Virus record (IMG/VR): IMGVR_UViG_3300042483_000521
DNA length: 20,000 nt
Strand: one strand, 5' to 3'
Origin: an uncultured virus (IMG/VR IMGVR_UViG_3300042483_000521)
Lineage: Duplodnaviria; Heunggongvirae; Uroviricota; Caudoviricetes
Both the position numbers and the translations under genes were made by a program. The notes beneath the pieces are model-generated. The model had not been told where the DNA came from, made no database searches, and saw only the letters and a program-made list of their open reading frames with translations. This document shows positions 8,881-18,268 of this stretch, in pieces (position 1 is the first letter of the stretch; each line of letters opens with the position of its first letter).

Positions 8881-10125
8881 TTATAAGAACCATGAGTTCG
8901 CTTTTCCAGGATTGCCACCAGAACCAGGTTTTTTACTGGTCTGTCTTGCGACTTCCTCAAATAACTGGGTTGACTTCTTAGTCACTCCTGTTCTTTGTAT
9001 GGTAGATAACGTAGGATCTTTTTCTAAAATCTTAAGAAGAAGTCCCAGCTTAACTTTCATAGCATGGTTCTCAGGTCTCTTAAGTTCCAGGATAGTCTTG
9101 TCAAAATCTGTTAGGGTTTCGCCTGAAGAAGTTTTGTACTTGTCTACCAAAAGGAAGTCTTGTAGTTCTGATGCCAATTTGGGGTTTAATGGAATTCCAT
9201 CAAACTCCTTTGTTTTCAATTTGTCTTGAAGGACAGACTGAACGTTTTGTATATACTGATTTCGAACCATTGCTTTCTGCTGAAGTTGTTGTTCAGCTTG
9301 TTGCTCCATCTGTTGCAACTTTACTGCTTCCTTCTTAACAAGCACTTTGTGATGCTTGCTAGCAACTGTTTCTAAATCACCGTAGTTTCTAAGTCTTTCA
9401 ACTTCTGTAGTGACATCTTCTTCATCGAATCCTTGATCTGTCAGAGCTTGTTTGATAACTCTCACTTGATTGTCTTCATTAGAAAGATCCAACTCAGCAA
9501 AACTCACCACATTGTTGTATACACCAAAATAATCTTTAGGGTTTATACCCTTTACAAATATGGCATCAAACGCTTTTTGGTAATCTTCTCCAAATTGACC
9601 TATGAAGTTGTCAACAATTTCAATTGCACCTTTTTTCTTTTCTGAATTGAACTTTTCCAAGAATTGCTCTGGAGTTTCAATTGCAGCATCTTCTTCCTCA
9701 TCATCTTTTGTAAAAACACCAAGTTTGAAAAGGTCTTTCGATAAAGAAACAAATGGTGATTCTGCAACATCATCATCTTCTTCCTCAGCTTCTGCTTCTG
9801 CTTTAGCTTTGGTTGGTGTTGCTACAACATCTTCTTCTGTTTCTTCTTCATCATCATCTCCAAGAAAGTTTTTCAAAACATCTTGTTGAGTGGTTTCTTC
9901 ACCATCTAGCTTTTGGACAACTTCTTTACCTTTTAATACTTCTGGTTTTTTAGGAGCTTTTGGTTCATCTGCTGTCTTTACAATCGTCTCTAACTTATCA
10001 GGATCTTCTGTAGAAGTTTCTGGAGAGAACAAATCGTCCAACAACTGTGTGTTACCTATCCCCATTTCCATAGTATCTTCAATACCAAAGTTACCAAATG
10101 ACGGAGTGTCTAGGTTGTCTGCCAT
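8881..10125 (-). CDS. acidic scaffold-like protein
   Basis: 414 aa; highly acidic low-complexity N-terminus and helical C-terminus; lies between portal and MCP. Confidence 0.65.
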   Translation of the reverse strand: MADNLDTPSFGNFGIEDTMEMGIGNTQLLDDLFSPETSTEDPDKLETIVKTADEPKAPKKPEVLKGKEVVQKLDGEETTQQDVLKNFLGDDDEEETEEDVVATPTKAKAEAEAEEEDDDVAESPFVSLSKDLFKLGVFTKDDEEEDAAIETPEQFLEKFNSEKKKGAIEIVDNFIGQFGEDYQKAFDAIFVKGINPKDYFGVYNNVVSFAELDLSNEDNQVRVIKQALTDQGFDEEDVTTEVERLRNYGDLETVASKHHKVLVKKEAVKLQQMEQQAEQQLQQKAMVRNQYIQNVQSVLQDKLKTKEFDGIPLNPKLASELQDFLLVDKYKTSSGETLTDFDKTILELKRPENHAMKVKLGLLLKILEKDPTLSTIQRTGVTKKSTQLFEEVARQTSKKPGSGGNPGKANSWFL

Positions 10126-10160
10126 ATATGTAGTTAATTAATTGATTGGTTTGTATGATA

Positions 10161-10191
10161 TAAATGTACTTTCGTTTATAAAATAATCAAA
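10161..10191 (-). promoter_or_regulatory. Bacteroidota primary-sigma-type promoter for scaffold/MCP
   Basis: TTTG (10191-10188)-N19-TACATTTA (10168-10161), one mismatch to TAnnTTTG. Confidence 0.6.
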
Positions 10192-10258
10192 TAAGGAATA
10201 ATCAAAATTGTTGTTTTTTTGACACGTATAGCATTAATATTAATTTTTCCATATTTTA

Positions 10259-12853
10259 TTATTTCTTATTGCTTTTAGATGCTCTATTTGTAGCATTTAT
10301 CTTAGCCACTTCAACATCATTCTTCATATTCTCTCTAGCAACATTTAGTTTCTCTTTTTCAAGCTGTAGCTTCTGCATAGCTTGATTGTTTTTAGATTGA
10401 ATATCCTGCATCTTCAATTGATAATCTTGAGCTGCTTTAGACTGTTGCATAGATAGATTTGATATCTCTAGTATATCAGCAGTGCCTGACTGATCAACAT
10501 CTTGTGTTGCTGCCTCTCCTCTTGCAGCTGCATTAATAAGAGCTATTTCCTTCTTATTGATTCTATCAAGTTCTTGCTGATAGTTTTGGTTAGCCAACAT
10601 TTCTTGCTGTTGTTGTTGCTGAGCTTGCATCTGAGCAGCTGCAATTTGTTGTTGTTGCTCAATCTGTTGTTGCTGTTGTTGCATCTGTTGGTCTTGAATC
10701 ATTTGCTGACGATCCTTGAGATTTTTGAATGTCTTCTTCATCTCTCTCATAGACTTAGTAGAATACAATTCTATTACATCATATAGTGTGCCACCATTCT
10801 GAATGACAGCCTGAGATAGCTGACGAAGCTCATTAAACATTTGTGTATCTTCTGGTCTGTTAGTTACAAACACTTTAAGATCACGAAGCTTCAAATCATT
10901 ACCATTAACTTGTATAAATGCAGATTCTCCCTCTGATGTAATATATGACAATGTAGACATAGGCTTAGCACTTTCTATATATTGTGCAGCATCTACAATA
11001 GCTTGATATAACTGACCTAATACATACTCGTGTGCGATGAATAGAGGCTCTGTCTGGGCATATGACTGACTGACAGCTGTGTTGACACCTGTGGCAGATT
11101 CGCTCGCTTGTACGCTTCCTAAACGCTGTCTAGAGATGCCTATAAGTTCCCAACATTCGTTCTTCAGTTGGAGAGCAAGATTATATCTAGACTGGATTTC
11201 ACCAGTTCTTGTCAAGTCTATATTTCTCGCAATGGTAGTGTTGGAGACAGCAGCCTTTGTGTTCTCTGGACTGTCGTCATCGAATATGATACCACGCTCT
11301 CTTGCTTCCATTTCCCATACATCTAGAGCATCTTGATCATCTCCATCTTTTAGTCTAGGAACACGTCTAATATTTACAGAAGCTACGTTACCAATTTCTT
11401 TTTCTAGCAGTTTGTAGAGCTGATTCATGCAAATGTTGTACAACACCTGGAATGGCTTCATTAAATCCACTAATGATTTGGCTTCTGTGTTCTTCACCTC
11501 ATACGTAGTGCCTATGATAGGGCAATAGTTGAGGATTTTAAGAGGTTTGATGTGATAGATGTCTGGACCAATCTTTGTTCCTTGATACCACTGATTAATC
11601 CAACCCCACTCAAGAGAGATTTCTGTAGGAATAGTTTTTGCTTTGTAGTTTTCGTCAACAAGAACGGTTTGTTCATTACCCATCTCATCAAGATAGGAAA
11701 GTTTACCAATCTTTCTCTTACTGATCCAATATGATCTAACAACAACATATTTGTATCCAAATGTAGACACGTTTGTTGTTAAGCCTAAGAAGTCTTTTAG
11801 TCCATCATTGTTTTCTTTCATCTCACTTTCAATCATCATTCTTGTCTGAAGAACAAGAGGATCGAATGTGTCGTATTGAATAGAGTCAATACCATCAGCA
11901 GCATTAGGATTACCAAGATTGGATTCACGAACGTTGATGAGTCCGTAGTCTTGTAATGAGCTTCTTAGGTGATCAATCTCTTCTTTAGTGAGGTCAGGAA
12001 TGCTTTCAATAATTTCAGAAAGTTCCATAACTTGCACAGTACCAGCAGCATACGCTCCTTGATTTCTTCCTGTTGGATCAGAAATCCACTTTCTATCTGG
12101 CGTTGTTAGGAACCATGTATTCTTTGGGTTGGCTACTTCTATGTTAAATCCAAGTTTGGAGTTATCTTCATAGATGTGATAGAATTCTCTAGCAGAAATA
12201 AGAAGATCTCTAAATGCATCTTCACTCTTTTCTTTGAGATTGAATTCTGCTTTCTGACATGTAAGAATGTGGTTGGCCCATTTTTCTGCTACAGAAGTGT
12301 AAGAATCTAGTTGATCCTTCACTTGCTCCATTGTCATCTGCTCTAGCTGCTCTTCGTCAATTTCTTGACCCTGCATAGCTATCTTCTGCATTATTTTTTG
12401 TCTTGCCTGAGAAAGAATAAACTCTTGTAGAACATCTGTTTTGAATTGTAGTTCTTCAGCTTGACTATCATCATCAAATGCCTTTACACGAAATGTATCT
12501 GGACGCTTAGATATTTCACCTACAAGGTTATTGATGGGAGTGGTTACAATAGAATAATGTTTAACATATGCTGGTAAACCTAAGTCTGCCTGAAGCATTT
12601 CTGTAAAAGATTTTACATCTGGCTCCTGATAAAAGTCTTCCATACGTAGAATACCTTTAACCAAGTCATAGTTTTTAACAAACGTGTCACGACTTTTCAT
12701 ATATTCTGCATACGACTTGTTTGCAAAATAATCCATCGTGTTTTTTACCCAGCTCTCATCATTCTTCTCTTTCTCTGTCTTAAATTGATCAGGAAAAATG
12801 TTAAGATAGGCATATCGTATGGTTGCGTCCTTTGTATATCTAATGATTGCCAT
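10259..12853 (-). CDS. portal protein
   Basis: 864 aa directly after TerL; crAss portal-like motifs (KHYSIVTTPINNLVGE, SLVDLMKPFQVLYNI, GISRQRLG); Gln-rich C-terminal coiled coil. Confidence 0.88.
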   Translation of the reverse strand: MAIIRYTKDATIRYAYLNIFPDQFKTEKEKNDESWVKNTMDYFANKSYAEYMKSRDTFVKNYDLVKGILRMEDFYQEPDVKSFTEMLQADLGLPAYVKHYSIVTTPINNLVGEISKRPDTFRVKAFDDDSQAEELQFKTDVLQEFILSQARQKIMQKIAMQGQEIDEEQLEQMTMEQVKDQLDSYTSVAEKWANHILTCQKAEFNLKEKSEDAFRDLLISAREFYHIYEDNSKLGFNIEVANPKNTWFLTTPDRKWISDPTGRNQGAYAAGTVQVMELSEIIESIPDLTKEEIDHLRSSLQDYGLINVRESNLGNPNAADGIDSIQYDTFDPLVLQTRMMIESEMKENNDGLKDFLGLTTNVSTFGYKYVVVRSYWISKRKIGKLSYLDEMGNEQTVLVDENYKAKTIPTEISLEWGWINQWYQGTKIGPDIYHIKPLKILNYCPIIGTTYEVKNTEAKSLVDLMKPFQVLYNICMNQLYKLLEKEIGNVASVNIRRVPRLKDGDDQDALDVWEMEARERGIIFDDDSPENTKAAVSNTTIARNIDLTRTGEIQSRYNLALQLKNECWELIGISRQRLGSVQASESATGVNTAVSQSYAQTEPLFIAHEYVLGQLYQAIVDAAQYIESAKPMSTLSYITSEGESAFIQVNGNDLKLRDLKVFVTNRPEDTQMFNELRQLSQAVIQNGGTLYDVIELYSTKSMREMKKTFKNLKDRQQMIQDQQMQQQQQQIEQQQQIAAAQMQAQQQQQQEMLANQNYQQELDRINKKEIALINAAARGEAATQDVDQSGTADILEISNLSMQQSKAAQDYQLKMQDIQSKNNQAMQKLQLEKEKLNVARENMKNDVEVAKINATNRASKSNKK

Positions 12854-14880
12854 TATGAAAATAATTTATTTTTTCTCGTATTAAACATATTTTTAGAGCT
12901 GGTGAACAGCGTATTACTCTTAATCTTTCTTGAATACAATGACTTAACTCTATCATCACTAGTTCCTCCAATCTTTCCTAATATAGGGTCCATTTTAAGT
13001 GCCTGAGCTATAGCAAGTTCTGCTGCTATAATTCTATCGAAGTTTCCCTCATCGTTGTATTGGATGATTTCTTCAAGAAGCATTGGGTCAAATATCTTAC
13101 TCACTCCTGCCACTTCTTTAGTTATTTTACCATCATCATCTTTCTCAGAATAAATAACATCTTCCATATATCTTTTTAGACATGTATGTAGATAGTCAAT
13201 TATTTTTTGAGCTGATCTGTGAATTCCATACTCTCGTTTCACAGTAGTGTTTGGAATCACTTCTAACAACCATTGTGGTTGCTTCTCTAGATAGTGTGCA
13301 TCACCTTTGCTTTTCATGTATTCAATGAACGAAATATCGTCATTTTCACAAAGAGCTCTAGCATTGTAATATTTAATCAGTAATCTAGCCTGTTCTTCCC
13401 ACGTCTCCTTCTTATCAGGTCTTGCACAATACGAAGCTACGAACATATCCTGATATTTTTCACCAGTGAGATCGTGCATTCTCTTGTAAATATACACAGA
13501 ACCTAGTGAAGTTGAATACTTTGCCTGTCCTTGTCTGTAGGGGTCAACTCCTGCAACGTATAATCCATAGGGAGGATTCTCAATAGGAAACTCATATATC
13601 ACTATAGGAGCATCTTTTCTGTCTGTACTCTTGAGAGGAAAGTTTGTAATAGGCATGTTGTCTGTAAACTCATGTCCTATTTTTCCTTCGTCACTAAATA
13701 ATATAACAGGCGTTCCTGTTCTTTCATTCTGTAACAGCCTGATTTTCTGCCTCTTAGCAGCTTCTATGTCAAAGATGTTGGTGTCTTCGTTGAGGAATAT
13801 GTCATCCACCTTTTGTGGGTAGTACATTTTCTCTTTTAAGAATGCTATTCTATCGCCAGCTTTCTTTAATCTTTCTAAGTTATCGTTAGTGATTTTTTCA
13901 GCCTTCTCTTCATTAGACACTAATATTTTTACATTATGAAGATCACTATTTTTTGAAGCATTTACGTAAGCTCCTAACGTAGAATCTTCTTTGGCTTCCA
14001 TTCTATACTTGTTAGAAATGAATAGCCCATGTACACGTTTTGTATCATCTTCATTGTTGTATGTTAGGAAGTTGTAATTGTCAACATCAAACATCAACGA
14101 TTTAGCATCCATAAAACGCTTCATATCACCTCCTGTACCTGTAAGAATAGGAGAACATCCCCATCCAAATGGTGTTGTGAAGCCAGGAACAGCAGCCTGT
14201 AAGCCTCTTAAGAAAGACCCCTTACCAATCTCGTCAATAATGAGCTTACGTGGTTTTGTACCAGCAATAGCTTCTTCATTATTGCCCTCATCTAAGTTAC
14301 GAATAAGAATTTGAGAGAATGGTATTCTCTCTCCTCCCTTTGTCTTTATTCCTAATGTCACCTGATTCTTCCAATTATCTTCTACACGTTGCCATCTGAA
14401 GTATTCAGGGAGGAAGTTGAGGCCCTTGTCAAGCTTGTCTGTAATAAGCTTAATATCTGGAGCATTCAATCCAGCAATAACATTCTGTGAGTTCTCATCA
14501 AATGTGGCACCCCAAGCAATATAACTTGCCTCAAGCACAGACTTAGCAAAACGTCTAATGCCCAAAATGACCAACCCACGCTTCTCAGCATGGGCTCTGT
14601 CTATTTCATTTGTCACTAACCATTCATTGTCTCTTAGCGAGGGATTGGCATATTTTTGATAAATGCGTCCTCTATCATCCATAACATCCACTTCTGTATG
14701 CCACAGATTCAAATGCCAATACAGAAAGGGGTTGATGAACACACCATCCATCATAAATCCATCAAGACACAGCTTCTTATGAAAGTCAAAGAAGGGCTTG
14801 TATTCCTGTGATGTTTTATCAGGAAGACGTGGCTGGTTAATCAACCACTCACTGTATTTAACATTTTCTAAATGATTCAT
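12853..14880 (-). CDS. terL: terminase large subunit
   Basis: 675 aa; variant Walker A (GIRRFAKS), Walker B (LIIDEIGK), coupling motif GTGG, nuclease motifs YVAGVDPY and NFDRI; uninterrupted. Confidence 0.92.
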   Translation of the reverse strand: MNHLENVKYSEWLINQPRLPDKTSQEYKPFFDFHKKLCLDGFMMDGVFINPFLYWHLNLWHTEVDVMDDRGRIYQKYANPSLRDNEWLVTNEIDRAHAEKRGLVILGIRRFAKSVLEASYIAWGATFDENSQNVIAGLNAPDIKLITDKLDKGLNFLPEYFRWQRVEDNWKNQVTLGIKTKGGERIPFSQILIRNLDEGNNEEAIAGTKPRKLIIDEIGKGSFLRGLQAAVPGFTTPFGWGCSPILTGTGGDMKRFMDAKSLMFDVDNYNFLTYNNEDDTKRVHGLFISNKYRMEAKEDSTLGAYVNASKNSDLHNVKILVSNEEKAEKITNDNLERLKKAGDRIAFLKEKMYYPQKVDDIFLNEDTNIFDIEAAKRQKIRLLQNERTGTPVILFSDEGKIGHEFTDNMPITNFPLKSTDRKDAPIVIYEFPIENPPYGLYVAGVDPYRQGQAKYSTSLGSVYIYKRMHDLTGEKYQDMFVASYCARPDKKETWEEQARLLIKYYNARALCENDDISFIEYMKSKGDAHYLEKQPQWLLEVIPNTTVKREYGIHRSAQKIIDYLHTCLKRYMEDVIYSEKDDDGKITKEVAGVSKIFDPMLLEEIIQYNDEGNFDRIIAAELAIAQALKMDPILGKIGGTSDDRVKSLYSRKIKSNTLFTSSKNMFNTRKNKLFS

Positions 14881-15209
14881 CGTCTACCTTTAAGGAAATC
14901 TTCAGCCATTGAGCCAAGCTCACCATTGCCACGTATTTCCACTTTAGATTCTTCTTTCTCTCTAAGCTTATCTACCACCTCAAGCAAAGCCAGATAGTTC
15001 TTCATTGTCTCCTGGATAAACTTACCCTGACTCTCAATACTAGCAATCACCATAGGTAACATTCCACCCTTAGCTGTAGGCTTCCATTCTATTCTGTCTG
15101 TCAGCTTATGCAGAGGATTGGCATCAACATATTCCTTCCAGGAAGCAAGTTGTTGTTCTGCCCAATCAAGCTCTGTATTAATGTACGTAGTTTTCTTAGG
15201 AGCAGCCAT
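14877..15209 (-). CDS. putative terminase small subunit
   Basis: 110 aa helical protein with an ATGA overlap on terL; call is positional. Confidence 0.45.
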   Translation of the reverse strand: MAAPKKTTYINTELDWAEQQLASWKEYVDANPLHKLTDRIEWKPTAKGGMLPMVIASIESQGKFIQETMKNYLALLEVVDKLREKEESKVEIRGNGELGSMAEDFLKGRR

Positions 15210-15403
15210 TATGAGAGGGTTACAATACCAACAGCAGCTGTCTTCAGCTCTGTAACAGATGTTTGTATTGGACCGCTGAGCAAGTCTTGGATTTGCTTGT
15301 TAGCAATCTCCTTTGTCTTCTCATCAATACCAGGCGTAGCGCACAACGCTGCCAATCTTTCAATAACGGACATTGATTCTTGTCCAATCATAGCTCTAGT
15401 CAT
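15209..15403 (-). CDS. hypothetical protein
   Basis: 64 aa, translationally coupled on both sides. Confidence 0.65.
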   Translation of the reverse strand: MTRAMIGQESMSVIERLAALCATPGIDEKTKEIANKQIQDLLSGPIQTSVTELKTAAVGIVTLS

Positions 15404-15648
15404 ATTAAATTGTTTATATCTTCATCAGAAAGTGGTTGATCATCGTCTTCTTCTTCATCATACACATCAGTTTCTTCTTCAGACATGTATTCTTCTTTGA
15501 CAACAATATTAATGACATCTTGATCTTCACCTTGAATACCAATAATGTCAACGTAATCAGCTCCAGAGTCCCATATATTTGTTAATGCATCGAGGAGCAA
15601 TTGCAAGTTGATTTTTCTAAAACGTATTTCTTTATTCTGCCTCATCAA
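15400..15648 (-). CDS. acidic hypothetical protein
   Basis: 82 aa with a D/E-rich C-terminus; overlaps its neighbours. Confidence 0.7.
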   Translation of the reverse strand: MMRQNKEIRFRKINLQLLLDALTNIWDSGADYVDIIGIQGEDQDVINIVVKEEYMSEEETDVYDEEEDDDQPLSDEDINNLI

Positions 15649-15913
15649 TTTCGTCCTCCTGTTCTCTTGTCATAACTGGTTTCCATTTATCTGTAGGACA
15701 CGCACAAGACAGACATTTTGTTTTAGCTGACAATGTACATCCGCAATGTGTACAATGTGCATCTAAACGTATTGTCTTGTGGTTCTTAGAATGAAACTTG
15801 CATTCATTGCAAATACTCATTCTTTCCTCTGACACTTGATCAATCTGTTCCTTTAGGCTTTCTTCTGGAAGTAGATTGTTTTTCCAACCTTCGTAAATCT
15901 GTGTTAAGCTCAT
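15632..15913 (-). CDS. Cys-rich Zn-binding protein
   Basis: R..ICNEC...CTHCGCTLSAKTKCLSCACPTDKW pattern. Confidence 0.75.
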   Translation of the reverse strand: MSLTQIYEGWKNNLLPEESLKEQIDQVSEERMSICNECKFHSKNHKTIRLDAHCTHCGCTLSAKTKCLSCACPTDKWKPVMTREQEDEIDEAE

Positions 15914-16253
15914 TTATCTTATTCATTAATACTTTACGCCTCAACAACATGTAATCAATATCATCATTCCACTTCTCCGTTTTAACATCACTGTCAGAGC
16001 TGGAAATCATGTCTCTCAAACTTCTAATCTTCTCATCTAGAACATCAAGTCTCTTCTGTGCAGCTCTATCATTCCACTTCAATGTGCCAAACCCAGAAAT
16101 CTCCACTGTCTTATTCTTCTGTAAAGCAGCTAATGCACTATCAAACTGATGTCGTATTATTTGATCAACAATCTTCACATCCATCTCTAGGGACTCAGCA
16201 AGCTTCCTAACAAACCAATCCCTATGGGACATTGAATTAGGCTTTTCCTTCAT
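15840..16253 (-). CDS. HU/IHF-like DNA-binding protein
   Basis: Helix-helix followed by VEISGFGTL, the HU/IHF signature; IHF-like genes occur upstream of terminase in crAss-like phages. Confidence 0.75.
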   Translation of the reverse strand: MKEKPNSMSHRDWFVRKLAESLEMDVKIVDQIIRHQFDSALAALQKNKTVEISGFGTLKWNDRAAQKRLDVLDEKIRSLRDMISSSDSDVKTEKWNDDIDYMLLRRKVLMNKINELNTDLRRLEKQSTSRRKPKGTD

Positions 16254-16584
16254 GCAAAATCTTTATCTCTAATGTAATGTCACTGGAGAAATCTAGGGAA
16301 ATTAAAGGATTGACAACAATCTTTCCATCTTTCTTAAGAAGAAGGTTACGCTTCTTCAGCTTCGACACCATATTATTCACCGTTGCTCCTGTTGTACTGT
16401 ACGTAGTACAGAATTTCTCCCTATTACTAGGAACAGAAATACTTCCAGAAACAGCAATGAAAGACATCAACTGAACTTCCCTCTCTGTAAGCATTAAATC
16501 GTTCAATGCAGAAAGAACAGAATAGTATCTGTACGACACATCCGTGTCATTCTGTAATCCCTTCTTTAATCGTTGTACAATCAT
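16237..16584 (-). CDS. winged-helix DNA-binding protein (start moved to ATG 16584)
   Basis: LTEREVQLM...TVNNMVSKLKKRNLL..KDGKIVVNP is a wHTH pattern; the ORF-track TTG start lies inside the promoter -7 box. Confidence 0.7.
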   Translation of the reverse strand: MIVQRLKKGLQNDTDVSYRYYSVLSALNDLMLTEREVQLMSFIAVSGSISVPSNREKFCTTYSTTGATVNNMVSKLKKRNLLLKKDGKIVVNPLISLDFSSDITLEIKILHEGKA

Positions 16585-16602
16585 TTCCTTATTGGTTTCT
16601 AA

Positions 16603-16635
16603 CAAATATAAAACATCCTCCGTGAAAATAACAAA
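16603..16635 (-). promoter_or_regulatory. Bacteroidota primary-sigma promoter heading the late operon
   Basis: TTTG (16635-16632)-N21-TATATTTG (16610-16603), an exact consensus match. Confidence 0.75.
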
Positions 16636-16828
16636 TTTTATTATTTCTTGTTTTTGTAAACCGCCCCACCCACAAGAGGAATTGTAAAGAAGCCCCCCAC
16701 CAAAATTTTCAAAATTTGGAAAAGTGTTGTGTCAATGGGGGAGGAGCTTACATCTAATTAATTCCCCTCAGGGGATTTGGGTAGTCGAGTGACTCCCCCA
16801 GTTTGTTAAACACATAAACAAAAAACAC

Positions 16829-17242
16829 ATGAGTAAGATTGTAGAAATGATCATTGAAGGTGAGGACATTGATAGAGTTCAGTTCGTTCGCACTAGACAG
16901 TACAAGAGCACCAAAGAGGGCTTTGCAGGAGAATCTTTCGAGGTCTACAAGGTTAAAGGCATCACCTTTAGAGTACCTAGCAAAGATGCTTTTAACAAAG
17001 ACTTTGAGGGTAGAGCCAAAGTAGTTCGAAAGATCTATTTGATTGAACGCAAAGGCGTTGAATTGAAAGCACAGGACGAAAACGGTGATGCGATCGTCAA
17101 GGATCTTTGGGACTTCGATGGCTATAGCACCAACGATAGTTTTCTTGCAAACAAGAAGGTTGAAGGCTTAGCAAAGCGTTACTCTGAAGGGAACTTCACA
17201 GACACTGCTAACATCGTTGAACTAGAAGAGGCACTAGGTTAA
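16829..17242 (+). CDS. hypothetical protein, first gene of the plus-strand (early) cluster
   Basis: 137 aa with an A-rich leader AAACAAAAAACAC-ATG. Confidence 0.85.
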   Translation: MSKIVEMIIEGEDIDRVQFVRTRQYKSTKEGFAGESFEVYKVKGITFRVPSKDAFNKDFEGRAKVVRKIYLIERKGVELKAQDENGDAIVKDLWDFDGYSTNDSFLANKKVEGLAKRYSEGNFTDTANIVELEEALG

Positions 17243-17520
17243 CACGGAAGGGGCTTAGGCCCTTTCCTCGTGTATAGGCACTATTACACATCCAATGCAT
17301 CTGAGCAAATCAGACGTATATGATACATGTTGCGTTGTATTATATATGGTGTGAGGATGTGTAGTTGCTATTCTCTAGGTAAAATGCAATGGTTTTATGG
17401 TAATGTACAATTTAATAAACTTTTCTCGAGGGAATTGTAAACTTCATGTTGTACTTTACTAATAAATTGTTGTGAGAATAAGAGTAGGAGTGACACCACA
17501 CACGTAATAATGGGGTGTTT
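17242..17520 (+). ncRNA. candidate multi-domain structured RNA
   Basis: ~320-nt gap without a plausible ORF, densely filled with stems containing G-U pairs on the plus strand. Confidence 0.5.
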
Positions 17521-17565
17521 TCGTAAGTGTTGATTTCAGTATTCATTATTTTATATAGCATTAAC

Positions 17566-17793
17566 ATGTATACCATCATTAATAAAACAAAAAGAAACAT
17601 CATTAAGTGTGAAGGTGATTGGCCTGATCTTGATGAAGCATTAAATGCAGGAGATAAGATAATTGTAATCAGTCTTTATTCTAACACTATTAAAGTTCCA
17701 TATTATACAGAACATAATGGTATTGTAGAATGGAGATGGGATAATTATCCTTTTGATCCTAATTGTTTTAACATTAAATCCAATCAGGTATGA
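17566..17793 (+). CDS. hypothetical protein (start at ATG 17566)
   Basis: 75 aa MYTIINKTKRNIIKCEGDWP... Confidence 0.75.
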   Translation: MYTIINKTKRNIIKCEGDWPDLDEALNAGDKIIVISLYSNTIKVPYYTEHNGIVEWRWDNYPFDPNCFNIKSNQV

Positions 17794-17948
17794 CAGTATT
17801 CATTGTATTCATTGCAGAGATTCCTTCTATACATAAGAAAATAGAGATTAGGAATGATGAGTTGTATGCAGATGATAGACTTATTTGTGATGCTATGTAT
17901 GTACAAAAAATCATCATTACAACAACAGACAAGATTGAGAGCCTGTAA
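17790..17948 (+). CDS. 52-aa hypothetical protein, absent from ORF track
   Basis: MTVFIVFIAEIPSIHKKIEIRNDELYADDRLICDAMYVQKIIITTTDKIESL; ATGA overlap with the previous gene. Confidence 0.7.
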   Translation: MTVFIVFIAEIPSIHKKIEIRNDELYADDRLICDAMYVQKIIITTTDKIESL

Positions 17949-17986
17949 CAGGACTCTTTTGTTTTTAACATTAAACCAATAGAAAT

Positions 17987-18268
17987 ATGAAAGTATATTT
18001 AGTTTATTACGATAATGGACATGCTTATGAAGATCATGACGTTAGCGTTGTTAGAATCTTTCTTAGTGAGGATAGTGCATCTAAGTGTGTCATTGATAGA
18101 AACAACAACAGAGAGTTTGTTCCTTCTATGACTAAACATGAATATTATTCTCAAGATCCAGAAGAGATTGGTCAATCTTATGAAGATTGGTTAAAGTATG
18201 CAAAGTCATCATGGGATTTTTACAATTGTGGTAGATATTTCCATGTAGAGGCAGAAGTATTTGAATAA
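17987..18268 (+). CDS. hypothetical phage protein
   Basis: 93 aa; MKVYLVYYDNG..YED....V.IF.SE..A type N-terminus common in small phage ORFs. Confidence 0.8.
   Translation: MKVYLVYYDNGHAYEDHDVSVVRIFLSEDSASKCVIDRNNNREFVPSMTKHEYYSQDPEEIGQSYEDWLKYAKSSWDFYNCGRYFHVEAEVFE

Noticed and set aside
10600..10690. CAG/CAA repeats as a repeat element
   Set aside because: They encode the Gln-rich coiled coil of the portal C-terminus
7302..14880. Introns, inteins or stop-codon recoding in TerL, portal and MCP
   Set aside because: The ORFs are continuous, of ordinary length under code 11, and show no intein or homing endonuclease motifs
461..16474. Plus-strand ORFs in the track (e.g. 4434-5003, 7440-8099, 8840-9229, 15108-15500) and short alternate-frame minus ORFs
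   Set aside because: They are shadows of long, motif-bearing minus-strand genes and have atypical composition
17246..17267. GGAAGGGGC-TTAG-GCCCTTTCC hairpin as an intrinsic terminator
   Set aside because: No U-tract follows and the stem extends via ACACG/CGTGT; treated as part of the structured block
17290..17360. Hammerhead or second twister ribozyme (CTGAGCA, CAATGCA)
   Set aside because: Lacks the CUGANGA/GAAA core and the twister L4 loop and pseudoknots
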